Source: Fibrobacterota bacterium (lineage in GTDB: Bacteria; Fibrobacterota; Fibrobacteria; UBA11236). From it: a stretch of DNA of 14,404 nt. Shown piece by piece: positions 7,025-14,404 of the stretch (positions within the stretch are counted from its first letter, which is position 1; each line of letters begins with the position of its first letter). Position numbers and translations under genes: made by a program. The notes under the pieces were generated by a model, which was not told where the DNA came from, ran no database searches, and was given only the letters and a program-made list of their open reading frames with translations. The DNA lies in the NCBI GenBank assembly GCA_043753995.1, contig JAYUVP010000029.1, positions 1 to 14,404 of the forward strand. The letters are read 5' to 3'.

Positions 7025-8254
7025 ATGCCTTCCCCTCATGCCGGGCTTGGTCAATGCCTGTTCATTGTTTTCTCGGATGATTGGGGCCGGCATCCATCTA
7101 GCTGTCAACATCTTTTCCGTCGTATTTGCCCCTATTCCGAAGTGGTTTGGGTGAATACCGTCGGTTTGAGAACGCCGAAGTTAAGCCTTTACGACATCAA
7201 GCGCGCTTGGGAAATCCTGGGCGGTTGGCTCGGTCTCGGCAAAAGAAAACCCGCAGCCGTGAAGGATGAGCCCGAAAAGACCAAGGCCGATCCCGAAGTA
7301 TTGCGGCCCTTCATGTTACCCTGGTATCAATTTTCCTGGGTGGAAAACCTCAATCATGCCCTCATCGCGCGCGCTGTGCGCCGACGTGTGATTCAATCAC
7401 CAGGGAAAAAGCCACTCCTGGTCAGTACCCTGCCCATTATCCCCGAACTTTTCCGCCAAGATTACTGGTATAAGCGAGTGTATTACTGCGTCGATGATTT
7501 CACCACTTGGCCCGGCGTCTCGGGGGAGGTCATGAAAAGGCTTGAGGCCCGGACCTTGGCGCATTGCGATGTTTTAATCGCCACGTCTTCGGCTCTGCAA
7601 GAAAGCCGCGGCAAGGCCGTGACTACGTCCAACCTTTTGACCCATGGTGTTGACATCAACCATTTCGCTAAAGCCCGGGAAGCCGTCCCCGCGCCTGAAA
7701 TCAAAGCCTTACCCAGTCCCGTGGTTGGGCTTTTCGGATCCTTTGATCCGCGAATCGACGGCGACTTACTCAAACGCGTGGCCCTGGCCGTGGCGCCTGG
7801 CAGTGTTGTTGTGCTCGGCCCGGTGGATCGCAGCCTGAACGAGTTTCAAGGCGTCGCCAACCTGCATTTCCTCGGCGCAAAGCCTTATGCCGATTTGCCG
7901 GCTTTCGTCGCTGGCATGGCGGCTTTGATTCTGCCTTATCGCATCGATGCCTCGACCCACAATATCAATCCGCTCAAACTCAAGGAATATCTCGCCACGG
8001 GTTTGCCGGTCATCGCGACTCCCCTGCCGGAAATTCTTCGCTTGGGAGGAGATACCGTGGTGGCCCAAAGCGAGGATTTCGTGAGCGCGGTATTGAAGGC
8101 CCTGGCGTCCCCGCGTCCCGATTGGGCGAAACGTCAGGCTTTCTTATCCCGTGAAACTTGGGACGCGAAGGCTGAAACTTTTTGCCATTTCCTGCTCGAC
8201 CACGCGGATAATACCGTGGTGCCGGCATCGCATCCCTTGCGCGGAGGAGTTTGA
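7025..8254 (+). CDS. GT-B fold glycosyltransferase, TuaH-like / GT4-related
   Basis: FSDDWGRHPSSCQHL, VVWVNTVGLR, YYCVDDF..WPG, HGVDINHF and PLKLKEYLATGLPVIAT are typical of TuaH-like polysaccharide glycosyltransferases. Confidence 0.85.
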   Translation: MPSPHAGLGQCLFIVFSDDWGRHPSSCQHLFRRICPYSEVVWVNTVGLRTPKLSLYDIKRAWEILGGWLGLGKRKPAAVKDEPEKTKADPEVLRPFMLPWYQFSWVENLNHALIARAVRRRVIQSPGKKPLLVSTLPIIPELFRQDYWYKRVYYCVDDFTTWPGVSGEVMKRLEARTLAHCDVLIATSSALQESRGKAVTTSNLLTHGVDINHFAKAREAVPAPEIKALPSPVVGLFGSFDPRIDGDLLKRVALAVAPGSVVVLGPVDRSLNEFQGVANLHFLGAKPYADLPAFVAGMAALILPYRIDASTHNINPLKLKEYLATGLPVIATPLPEILRLGGDTVVAQSEDFVSAVLKALASPRPDWAKRQAFLSRETWDAKAETFCHFLLDHADNTVVPASHPLRGGV

Positions 8255-8255
8255 A

Positions 8256-10175
8256 ATGTGCGGTTTAGCAGGCATTATCGCCGCGGGCGGTGGAATTTCC
8301 GAAAGCGATCGCAAGCTTTGCCGCGCCATGACGCGCGCCATTGCCCATCGCGGCCCGGACGCAGAAGGCTTTTTCGATGCGCCGGGCTTGGCTTTCGGGC
8401 ATAGGCGCCTCAGTATTATCGACTTGGCTTCGGGGCAACAACCCATGATCAGCGCGGACGGTCGCTATGCCGTGGTATTCAATGGCGAGATTTACAACTA
8501 CTTGGATTTACGGCGCGAGCTAGAATCCCGTGGCGCGCAATTCCGGACCAAAAGCGATACTGAAGTTTTGCTGCACGGCTATGCCGCCTGGGGCGAAGCC
8601 TTGCCTAATAAGCTGCGCGGCATGTTCGCTTTCGTCGTGCAAGACCTACAAACCCGACATTCCTTGTCGGCGCGGGATCCCATCGGCAAAAAGCCCTTTT
8701 ATTTTCGCCGAGTAGGCGATCGGTTGATTTTCGCCAGTGAATTCCAGGCCTTGCTCTGTGATGAAACTTTGGCCCGCGATATCGATGACGAGGCCTTGAA
8801 TCTTTATTTGGCCCTCGGCTATGTGCCAGCGCCTTTGACCTTATATCGCGGCATCTCCAAGCTGGAAGCCGGCGAAGCCCTGTCGCTCACGCCCGAAGGT
8901 TTTCGCCGCTGGAAATATTGGCAGCCTTTGGCGAATCGCAAGTCGGCGCCCCGCCCCGAAGCCTGGGTGGACACCTTGGAGCAGCACTTGCTCGGCGCGG
9001 TGTCGCGGCGCCTCATGAGCGAGGTTCCTCTCGGGGCCATGCTCTCCGGCGGCATAGACAGCAATTTGGTGGTGGCCGAAATGGCGCGCACTTCGAGCAG
9101 CCAGGTGCGAACCTTTACCGCCGGTTTTGATTCTCGTAGCGCCTTGCCTGGCATACAAGACGAGCGCGCCATCGCCGCTTCGGCTGCGGCGCATTATGGC
9201 ACCGATCACCGTGCCATCGATTTGCCCTCCACGGCCTTTGACGAGCTCAAGCAACTCGCCGGGAATCTCGGCGAGCCGCTGGCCGATCCCTCCATATTGC
9301 CGACCTATCTCATTTGCCGCGAGGCCAAGCGTCATGTCACCGTGGCCTTGACCGGCGACGGCGGAGACGAGCCCTTCGGCGGATATTCTTTCCGTTATTT
9401 ACCGCATCTGCGCGAGCAGAGCTTGCGCGGAAAAGCTCCCGAAAGTCTTTTGCGGGCTGTCGCCAGGCCCTTGTCCCACCTTTGGCCCACGGGGGAAGGC
9501 GTTCCGCGCTCGCTGCGCTTGCAAACCGTTTGGCGTAACCTGGCGGTTTCCCCGCTGCAAGCTTTTTTGCTTGATCAAATGCCGCGCTGGCCCGAAAATC
9601 AGTCCAATCCCCGCTTGCAAAGCGGCATGTTGGCGGCCCTTTCCCGCATGGAAATTCTCGCCGCCGAGGCCGCCGCCGGCGGCTTGGACGAAATGAATCA
9701 GAAGCTGTGGATAGACACTCGCCTCTACATGTGCGAAAACGTCCTGGTCAAGGCGGACCGCATGAGCATGGCCGCGGGCTTGGAATTGCGCGCCCCTTTG
9801 CTCGACCAAGACTTGGTGGAATTCGCTTTTTCCCTGCCCCTGGAAGCCAAAATCCGTGCAGGGGAATGCAAATGGCTGCTGCGCAAATTAGCGGCGAACC
9901 GGGTTTGGCCGGAATTATTCAAGCAGCCGAAAACCGGCTTTTCCATACCCATAGACACTTATTTGCGAGGCGCATGGCGCCAGGGGGCTGAAGCGGTTTT
10001 GCTGAAGCCTGAGCCCTTGGAGGCTTTAGGGTTCACCCTTTCGGCGGTACAAAAGCTTTGGAATGAATTTCAATCTGGAGTCACCCGCCATACCATGCCG
10101 CTTTGGACGCTTTTGCAATTCTCTTTATGGTGGCATGGCGTGCATTGCCGACCCTCCAAGGACTTTTCGGTTTGA
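8256..10175 (+). CDS. asnB: Asparagine synthase (glutamine-hydrolysing) family amidotransferase, copy 2; EPS-associated type
   Basis: True start is ATG at 8256 (MCGLAG, catalytic Cys2) with strong RBS GGAGGAG at 8243-8249. Motifs HRGPD, GHRRLSIIDL, FNGEIYNY, SDTEV, LSGGIDSN, LTGDGGDE and KADRMSMAAGLELRAPLLD. Confidence 0.93.
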   Translation: MCGLAGIIAAGGGISESDRKLCRAMTRAIAHRGPDAEGFFDAPGLAFGHRRLSIIDLASGQQPMISADGRYAVVFNGEIYNYLDLRRELESRGAQFRTKSDTEVLLHGYAAWGEALPNKLRGMFAFVVQDLQTRHSLSARDPIGKKPFYFRRVGDRLIFASEFQALLCDETLARDIDDEALNLYLALGYVPAPLTLYRGISKLEAGEALSLTPEGFRRWKYWQPLANRKSAPRPEAWVDTLEQHLLGAVSRRLMSEVPLGAMLSGGIDSNLVVAEMARTSSSQVRTFTAGFDSRSALPGIQDERAIAASAAAHYGTDHRAIDLPSTAFDELKQLAGNLGEPLADPSILPTYLICREAKRHVTVALTGDGGDEPFGGYSFRYLPHLREQSLRGKAPESLLRAVARPLSHLWPTGEGVPRSLRLQTVWRNLAVSPLQAFLLDQMPRWPENQSNPRLQSGMLAALSRMEILAAEAAAGGLDEMNQKLWIDTRLYMCENVLVKADRMSMAAGLELRAPLLDQDLVEFAFSLPLEAKIRAGECKWLLRKLAANRVWPELFKQPKTGFSIPIDTYLRGAWRQGAEAVLLKPEPLEALGFTLSAVQKLWNEFQSGVTRHTMPLWTLLQFSLWWHGVHCRPSKDFSV

Positions 10176-11380
10176 ACATTCTTTATTTGTCCCAACGGTT
10201 GCCCTATCCTCCCGATCGCGGCGACCGGATTCCAGTTTATCATCATATTCGACAGCTCGGTTTGCGGCATCGCGTGCATGTGGCCTCCCTGATTTCTGGC
10301 CCGGACGAAGCGGATTCGGTCAAGGCCCTGCAAGCCATGACGGCCTCAGTAACCGTGGCTACCCAAAGCCGCTTGTCCTCCCTCTTGGGCATGGTGGGCG
10401 CCTTGCTTCGCGGCCTTTCCCTGAGCATCGGATATTTTCGCAATGGCCGACTGGGAGGCGAAATCCATCGCATGATGCGATCGGGTGAAATCGATGCCGT
10501 GGTGATTTTCTCTTCGTCCATGGCGCCCTATGTCGATGGCTTTTCCGACCGCATTCGCATCATGAATTTTTGCGATGTCGATTCGCGTAAGTGGGCTGAT
10601 TTGGCGGCCACGGTTCCCTTTCCCCGCTCCTGGATTTATCGCCGCGAGGCCAAAACCTTAGCCCGCTATGAGCGATCGGTGGCCAAGCGCTTTTCGGCTT
10701 GCTGCTTTGTCACCGAAGGGGAAGCCGCCCTTTTTCGCACGGTCATGCCCGAGGCTCGCCCTGAAGTGGTTCCCAATGGCGTCGACCATGAGAAATTCGG
10801 GACCGTGAAGCGGGCGCCGGAAGGCCTTAAATTCGCGCTCGTGGGCGTCATGGACTATGAGCCCAATGTCGAGGCCGCGATTTTTTTCGCTCGCGAGGTT
10901 TTCCCTCGATTGCGCCAGCGATGGCCTGAAGCTGAATTCCAAGTGGTGGGTGCTCGTCCTTCGCCCGAAGTGAAAGCCCTGGCGGCCTTGCCCGGCGTGA
11001 CGGTGACTGGCTATGTGGACGATGTGCGTGATTATTTGGCCACGGCGACTCTGGTTGTCATTCCACTGGCCGTGGCGCGTGGCATACAGAATAAGGTGCT
11101 TGAAGCGCTGGCTGCCGCGGTGCCGGTCATCGTCTCCAAGCCCGTGGCGGAGAGCCTGGGCAGCCATTTGCGCGAATGCCTTTATGTTGCGGATCGCACG
11201 GCCCAGGGCTTTTATGCTGGCGTGGAAACCGCCCTCGCCGAGGCCGCCGAAACACGCCAGGCCAAGGCCGAAAAGGCCCAGGCCATTTTGCGCCAGGAAG
11301 CCACCTGGGAAGCCAGCGCCGCGAAGCTTGAAGCCATGATTTTAGGCGCGAAGCGTCGCGCTACACAAAAACAGGATTAA
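10172..11380 (+). CDS. TIGR03087-like sugar transferase (PEP-CTERM/exosortase A-associated GT4-type glycosyltransferase)
   Basis: NILYLSQRLPYPPDRGDRI, FCDVDSRKW, VPNGVD, GVMDYEPNVEAA and PLAVARGIQNKVLEALA. The TTG start at 10172 overlaps the asnB stop (TTGA), suggesting translational coupling, with AAGGA upstream. Confidence 0.85.
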   Translation: MNILYLSQRLPYPPDRGDRIPVYHHIRQLGLRHRVHVASLISGPDEADSVKALQAMTASVTVATQSRLSSLLGMVGALLRGLSLSIGYFRNGRLGGEIHRMMRSGEIDAVVIFSSSMAPYVDGFSDRIRIMNFCDVDSRKWADLAATVPFPRSWIYRREAKTLARYERSVAKRFSACCFVTEGEAALFRTVMPEARPEVVPNGVDHEKFGTVKRAPEGLKFALVGVMDYEPNVEAAIFFAREVFPRLRQRWPEAEFQVVGARPSPEVKALAALPGVTVTGYVDDVRDYLATATLVVIPLAVARGIQNKVLEALAAAVPVIVSKPVAESLGSHLRECLYVADRTAQGFYAGVETALAEAAETRQAKAEKAQAILRQEATWEASAAKLEAMILGAKRRATQKQD

Positions 11381-11393
11381 AGACCCCTGAGGC

Positions 11394-14009
11394 CTAAGCC
11401 CAAGGGTCGCGGCGTTCACGCCACGCCTGCCAGAGATAAAGCGGCAGCTTCAGTCCCGCACTCCGAATCGTCCCCTTGATGCGTGCCAGAACCACGGTTT
11501 TCTGCGGAGTCACGACAAGACGTGGGCGGTAGGGCCCTTGCGGCTCGCTGAGGCCGAGATTCCATTTGGGACCTTCGCCGGTCCAGGCTTGCAGCACGGC
11601 AAAGCAATGCAAGGTAATCGCCAGGTTACGGGTGCAAAAGCGATCTTTCGCCTTCAGCAAGTCTTGGCTGGCGGCGTCCAGGAAGCGCTTGGCGGCCTGG
11701 GAAAAGCCCGCCGCCTCGTCAGCTGGGGCAAAGCGCGCGGCGAGGGCGAAAACGGCGGCCTTGCGTAAATCCTGGGCGGCCCAGGTTGAGGTGGGAAATT
11801 CCAATTCTTCGGGCTTACTCAGGTAGGGATATTCGTTTTTCGCCATCCAGCGGGCATAGCGCAATAGCACGGCCCTGGCGCGCTCCCAAGCCGGGGTGAT
11901 GCGGCCACCTTGGTGCAGGACTTCGAGATAGCGACCCACCATTTGCAAATACACCACATAGGACCAGCGATTTTCCCGGTGAAGCAAGCCCATGTTTTCG
12001 ACATCGTCCTCGGGAGATGAAACGACTTCTTGCACGCGTTCGGCCTTGGCCAGCCAGGTCTCGTCGCCATCGGCCAAATAGGCATCGAGCAAGGTATTGA
12101 GGCTATAGCCGGAACCGCGTCCGGGGCCTTGCCAATCGAGATCGCGCGTGCCCGTGGCGAGGCCCGTGGGACCTCCTGCTAGCCATTTCAAAGGCGTGCG
12201 GCGCCCGTCTTGCATGGCCGTCACCCAGCGCGCCAATTGCAAAACGGCATCGCGAGAGGCCGTGTCGCCGGTCAGCCAATAATGCAGCAAAAGCCCCGAA
12301 GAATAATTGTGCTCATTCGCGGGACCGCCACCGAAGCCGGCCGGCAGGGGTTTGCCTTCGAAAGCCAGGCGCGAATAAGTGCGATGCGTCGCTAGGCCAG
12401 CATGGGCATAATGCGCGGTATGCCAGAAATAGCCGCCATTGTAGGCCGCTTTGTCTTGCTGAGTGTGATAAAGGTCATGATGACGCACATGTTCGGCCAA
12501 CCGCAGGCCCAATTCGTCGAGTCCGGCGTCTCCCCTGGACAAACCCCCAGCGAGCAGCCCATACATCATGTCGTATTGATTATTGTAATGGGAAACCATG
12601 GGCCATTGGCCCTGATAATGCTCGGCTTCGTGATCGGCGGCCACCTCGCCGAAATTGCGCCAACCGTATTCATCCCAGCTTTCGCGCCGCGCTTGCAAAG
12701 CGCTTTTGCCCTCCAGCACCGCTCCGCCCAAGGCGGGAGGCAAGGTTTCGGCAGCTTGCAAAGAGAAAAAAGGCAAGGCTCGGCTAGCGGCGACCGTGGG
12801 GCCATCGGGCAGGGCATAAACTCCCGCTCGCGCGCCGGAAAGCAATTCCGGCATTTTATCCCACTCCGCAACGGAGTCCTGGGCCGCTATCCAAAACACG
12901 GCGCGGGTGCGCTCACCGCCTTGCAATTCATAGCGTTGGGCATCTTGCAAAGGCCAGGGCTCATAACGGATTTCATTTTGCTGCACTTCGAGGGACGAAG
13001 GAAAACGCTCCCAAAAATCTTCCGGCTGTATTTCCCATTTCCCGCCGTCTTCCCAGCGCATCACGGGATTGGCCCTGCGACCATCCAGGGTGTTTTGCTT
13101 CATGCCTTTTTCCAGCTTATAACCCTCGAAACGCACCGTGCTGTTTGAGTCGGCCCCGCGATGGGCTAAAGCCGACAAGGGGAGCACGGATTCCAGCCCG
13201 GAGGAGCCCTGCAGCAAGGAGGCTTGCTCTCCCAATTTGTGCCAGTCATGGCCGGGTTCGGCTTGTAACCAAGCTTGTCCGTTGCGTGGCCAGCGAAAGC
13301 CCAGGGCATGAAGATGCAGGGATCCTGCATCGCCCAAATCCCAGAGGCCGCCAGGGTGTTTGGCCGCCGAGGGATTCCACAAATTCACTTCGATGCGTAG
13401 CAGCGGCGTTTCGGGAAAGGAGGTAGCCTGCACGGTACCCCGTAAGCGGGAATGGCCGCCTTGGGCATCGGCGGCGAAGCAACCTTCCCAAATCAAGTCG
13501 GCGCGCTGTGCATTCGCCTCTAAGCGCACGGCATGGGGAAGAAAGGCGCTTTCGACGCCTAGGTTGAAGCGAATGAAAAGCCAGGGTTGATTTTGCGCCT
13601 CGCCTTCCTTTTGCAGGCATAGGCCTCGACGCCAATCCCATGCGATTTTTTGCTGGCCAAAGGTTACGCCGCCTTTTTTTTCGGCTTGATTCAACCAAGC
13701 CGTAGCGGGCCTAGCTGTGACGCTTGGCTCCGCCGGATGCATTTGCACGGCGACTAGGGCTCGCCCCCATTCTGCTGCGGCGATGCCATCGATTTGCGCC
13801 CATTGCCAACTTTGATCGGGCCAAAGGCGCAAGGGCTTGGCCGCCACGACGCTTTCACTGCCGTCGGCAGCGCGGATTTTCCAAAGCGGCGATCCGAAAA
13901 CCTGGCCGCGCGGCAAGGGTAGGCCACAGCGAAAGGGATGCATGCCGCTCCAGGGCAAGGCACGCAGGGTTTGCAAGGAGAGGTGACCAACGGTTTGCCA
14001 AGGACTCAT
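11394..14009 (-). CDS. Uncharacterised 871-aa protein, probable carbohydrate-active enzyme resembling the PcRGLX/YetA-like (exo-rhamnogalacturonan lyase-like) architecture
   Basis: Long ORF, co-directional with and 21 bp downstream of the hexapeptide acyltransferase. N-terminal GLPLPRG and motif-like blocks HPGGLWDLGD, EYGWRNFGE, SHYNNQYD, FWHTAHY, EHNYSSGLLLHYWLTGD and TWAAQDLRK. The CDS is confident; the fold assignment is from recall and tentative. Confidence 0.8.
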   Translation of the reverse strand: MSPWQTVGHLSLQTLRALPWSGMHPFRCGLPLPRGQVFGSPLWKIRAADGSESVVAAKPLRLWPDQSWQWAQIDGIAAAEWGRALVAVQMHPAEPSVTARPATAWLNQAEKKGGVTFGQQKIAWDWRRGLCLQKEGEAQNQPWLFIRFNLGVESAFLPHAVRLEANAQRADLIWEGCFAADAQGGHSRLRGTVQATSFPETPLLRIEVNLWNPSAAKHPGGLWDLGDAGSLHLHALGFRWPRNGQAWLQAEPGHDWHKLGEQASLLQGSSGLESVLPLSALAHRGADSNSTVRFEGYKLEKGMKQNTLDGRRANPVMRWEDGGKWEIQPEDFWERFPSSLEVQQNEIRYEPWPLQDAQRYELQGGERTRAVFWIAAQDSVAEWDKMPELLSGARAGVYALPDGPTVAASRALPFFSLQAAETLPPALGGAVLEGKSALQARRESWDEYGWRNFGEVAADHEAEHYQGQWPMVSHYNNQYDMMYGLLAGGLSRGDAGLDELGLRLAEHVRHHDLYHTQQDKAAYNGGYFWHTAHYAHAGLATHRTYSRLAFEGKPLPAGFGGGPANEHNYSSGLLLHYWLTGDTASRDAVLQLARWVTAMQDGRRTPLKWLAGGPTGLATGTRDLDWQGPGRGSGYSLNTLLDAYLADGDETWLAKAERVQEVVSSPEDDVENMGLLHRENRWSYVVYLQMVGRYLEVLHQGGRITPAWERARAVLLRYARWMAKNEYPYLSKPEELEFPTSTWAAQDLRKAAVFALAARFAPADEAAGFSQAAKRFLDAASQDLLKAKDRFCTRNLAITLHCFAVLQAWTGEGPKWNLGLSEPQGPYRPRLVVTPQKTVVLARIKGTIRSAGLKLPLYLWQAWRERRDPWA

Positions 14010-14030
14010 GAGCGGCAGATTTTCTGTGTT

Positions 14031-14404
14031 TTAGGCGGAAGGATGACGGCGATCACGTAAGACGCGCGCAGGCTGTCCCACGGCGATGGCATAAGCGGGG
14101 ATTTCCTGCACGACGGTAGAGGCGGCGCCAATCACGCCATGATCGCCAATGTGGTTCCCGACAACGGCTTGATTGCCTATCCAGCAGTCGTCGCCGATGC
14201 GCACTTCGAGGTATTCTCCGCCCTGGTCGCGAATGGGAATGTCGAGGGAATCGAATCGATGTTGGTTGAAGCCCGAGAGGATATGCACCCCCGTACCGAT
14301 GAGGCAGTCTTTGCCGATAGAGCAAAGGCCGAGATTGACGAAAGGCCCGATATAGCTGCCTGCGCCGATCGAAATGCCGGGATTGGACAAGGTGACCATG
14401 AAAC
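14031..14404 (-). CDS. Hexapeptide-repeat (left-handed beta-helix) O-acetyl/acyltransferase, 5'-truncated by the window edge
   Basis: Repeats ISIGAGSYIG, CSIGKDCLIG, VRIGDDCWIG and HIGDHGVIGAASTV, ending in IPAYAIAVGQPARVLR. The frame stays open to the window edge, so ATG at 14399 is probably internal. Confidence 0.88.
   Translation of the reverse strand, partial: FMVTLSNPGISIGAGSYIGPFVNLGLCSIGKDCLIGTGVHILSGFNQHRFDSLDIPIRDQGGEYLEVRIGDDCWIGNQAVVGNHIGDHGVIGAASTVVQEIPAYAIAVGQPARVLRDRRHPSA

Noticed and set aside
6974..7111. 46-aa N-terminal extension of the GT4 ORF (start at 7111)
   Set aside because: It overlaps the divergent TuaH-like gene, and family-like sequence only begins at MTSRLRVL (6973).
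8151..8255. 35-aa N-terminal extension of the second asnB
   Set aside because: Ntn amidotransferases need Cys at position 2. ATG at 8256 has a strong GGAGGAG RBS, and the extension overlaps the upstream gene.
4070..8530. Inverted similarity between the 5' ends of the two asnB genes as a possible inversion substrate
   Set aside because: The similarity is limited to conserved protein motifs with many synonymous differences; there is no long identical stretch and no recombinase gene.
10103..10171. Upstream start of the TIGR03087-like ORF
   Set aside because: It lies inside asnB. TTG at 10172 gives the family-typical N-terminus and a coupled TTGA overlap.
12402..13148. 248-aa plus-strand ORF
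   Set aside because: It is fully antisense to the 871-aa gene, has no recognisable motifs, and is typical of shadow ORFs in GC-rich coding DNA.
1..14404. CRISPR arrays, tRNA/rRNA genes, IS elements, integrases
   Set aside because: No regularly spaced repeats, RNA-gene signatures, transposase or recombinase motifs were seen; almost all sequence is accounted for by the 11 CDSs.

Overview
Bacterial surface/exopolysaccharide biosynthesis and modification locus with 11 genes, the last one truncated by the window edge. Gene order: two convergent, AT-rich acyltransferase-3 (OafA/YrhL-like) O-acyltransferases; a minus-strand run of GT4 glycosyltransferase, acyl carrier protein, NadE-like amide synthetase and AsnB-type amidotransferase; a divergent plus-strand run of TuaH-like glycosyltransferase, second AsnB and TIGR03087-like (PEP-CTERM/exosortase-associated) glycosyltransferase; then a minus-strand hexapeptide-repeat acyltransferase (partial) and an 871-aa uncharacterised protein resembling the PcRGLX/YetA-like family. 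The strongest candidate for an undescribed system is the ACP + atypical NadE paralogue + AsnB (+ AT3) cassette, which looks like a carrier-protein-dependent amidation/acylation pathway for decorating a polysaccharide rather than NAD or asparagine synthesis. The 871-aa His/Trp/Tyr-rich protein without an evident signal peptide is the second candidate. No RNA genes, CRISPR arrays or mobile elements were seen. All family assignments come from recognising motifs by eye, not from database searches.
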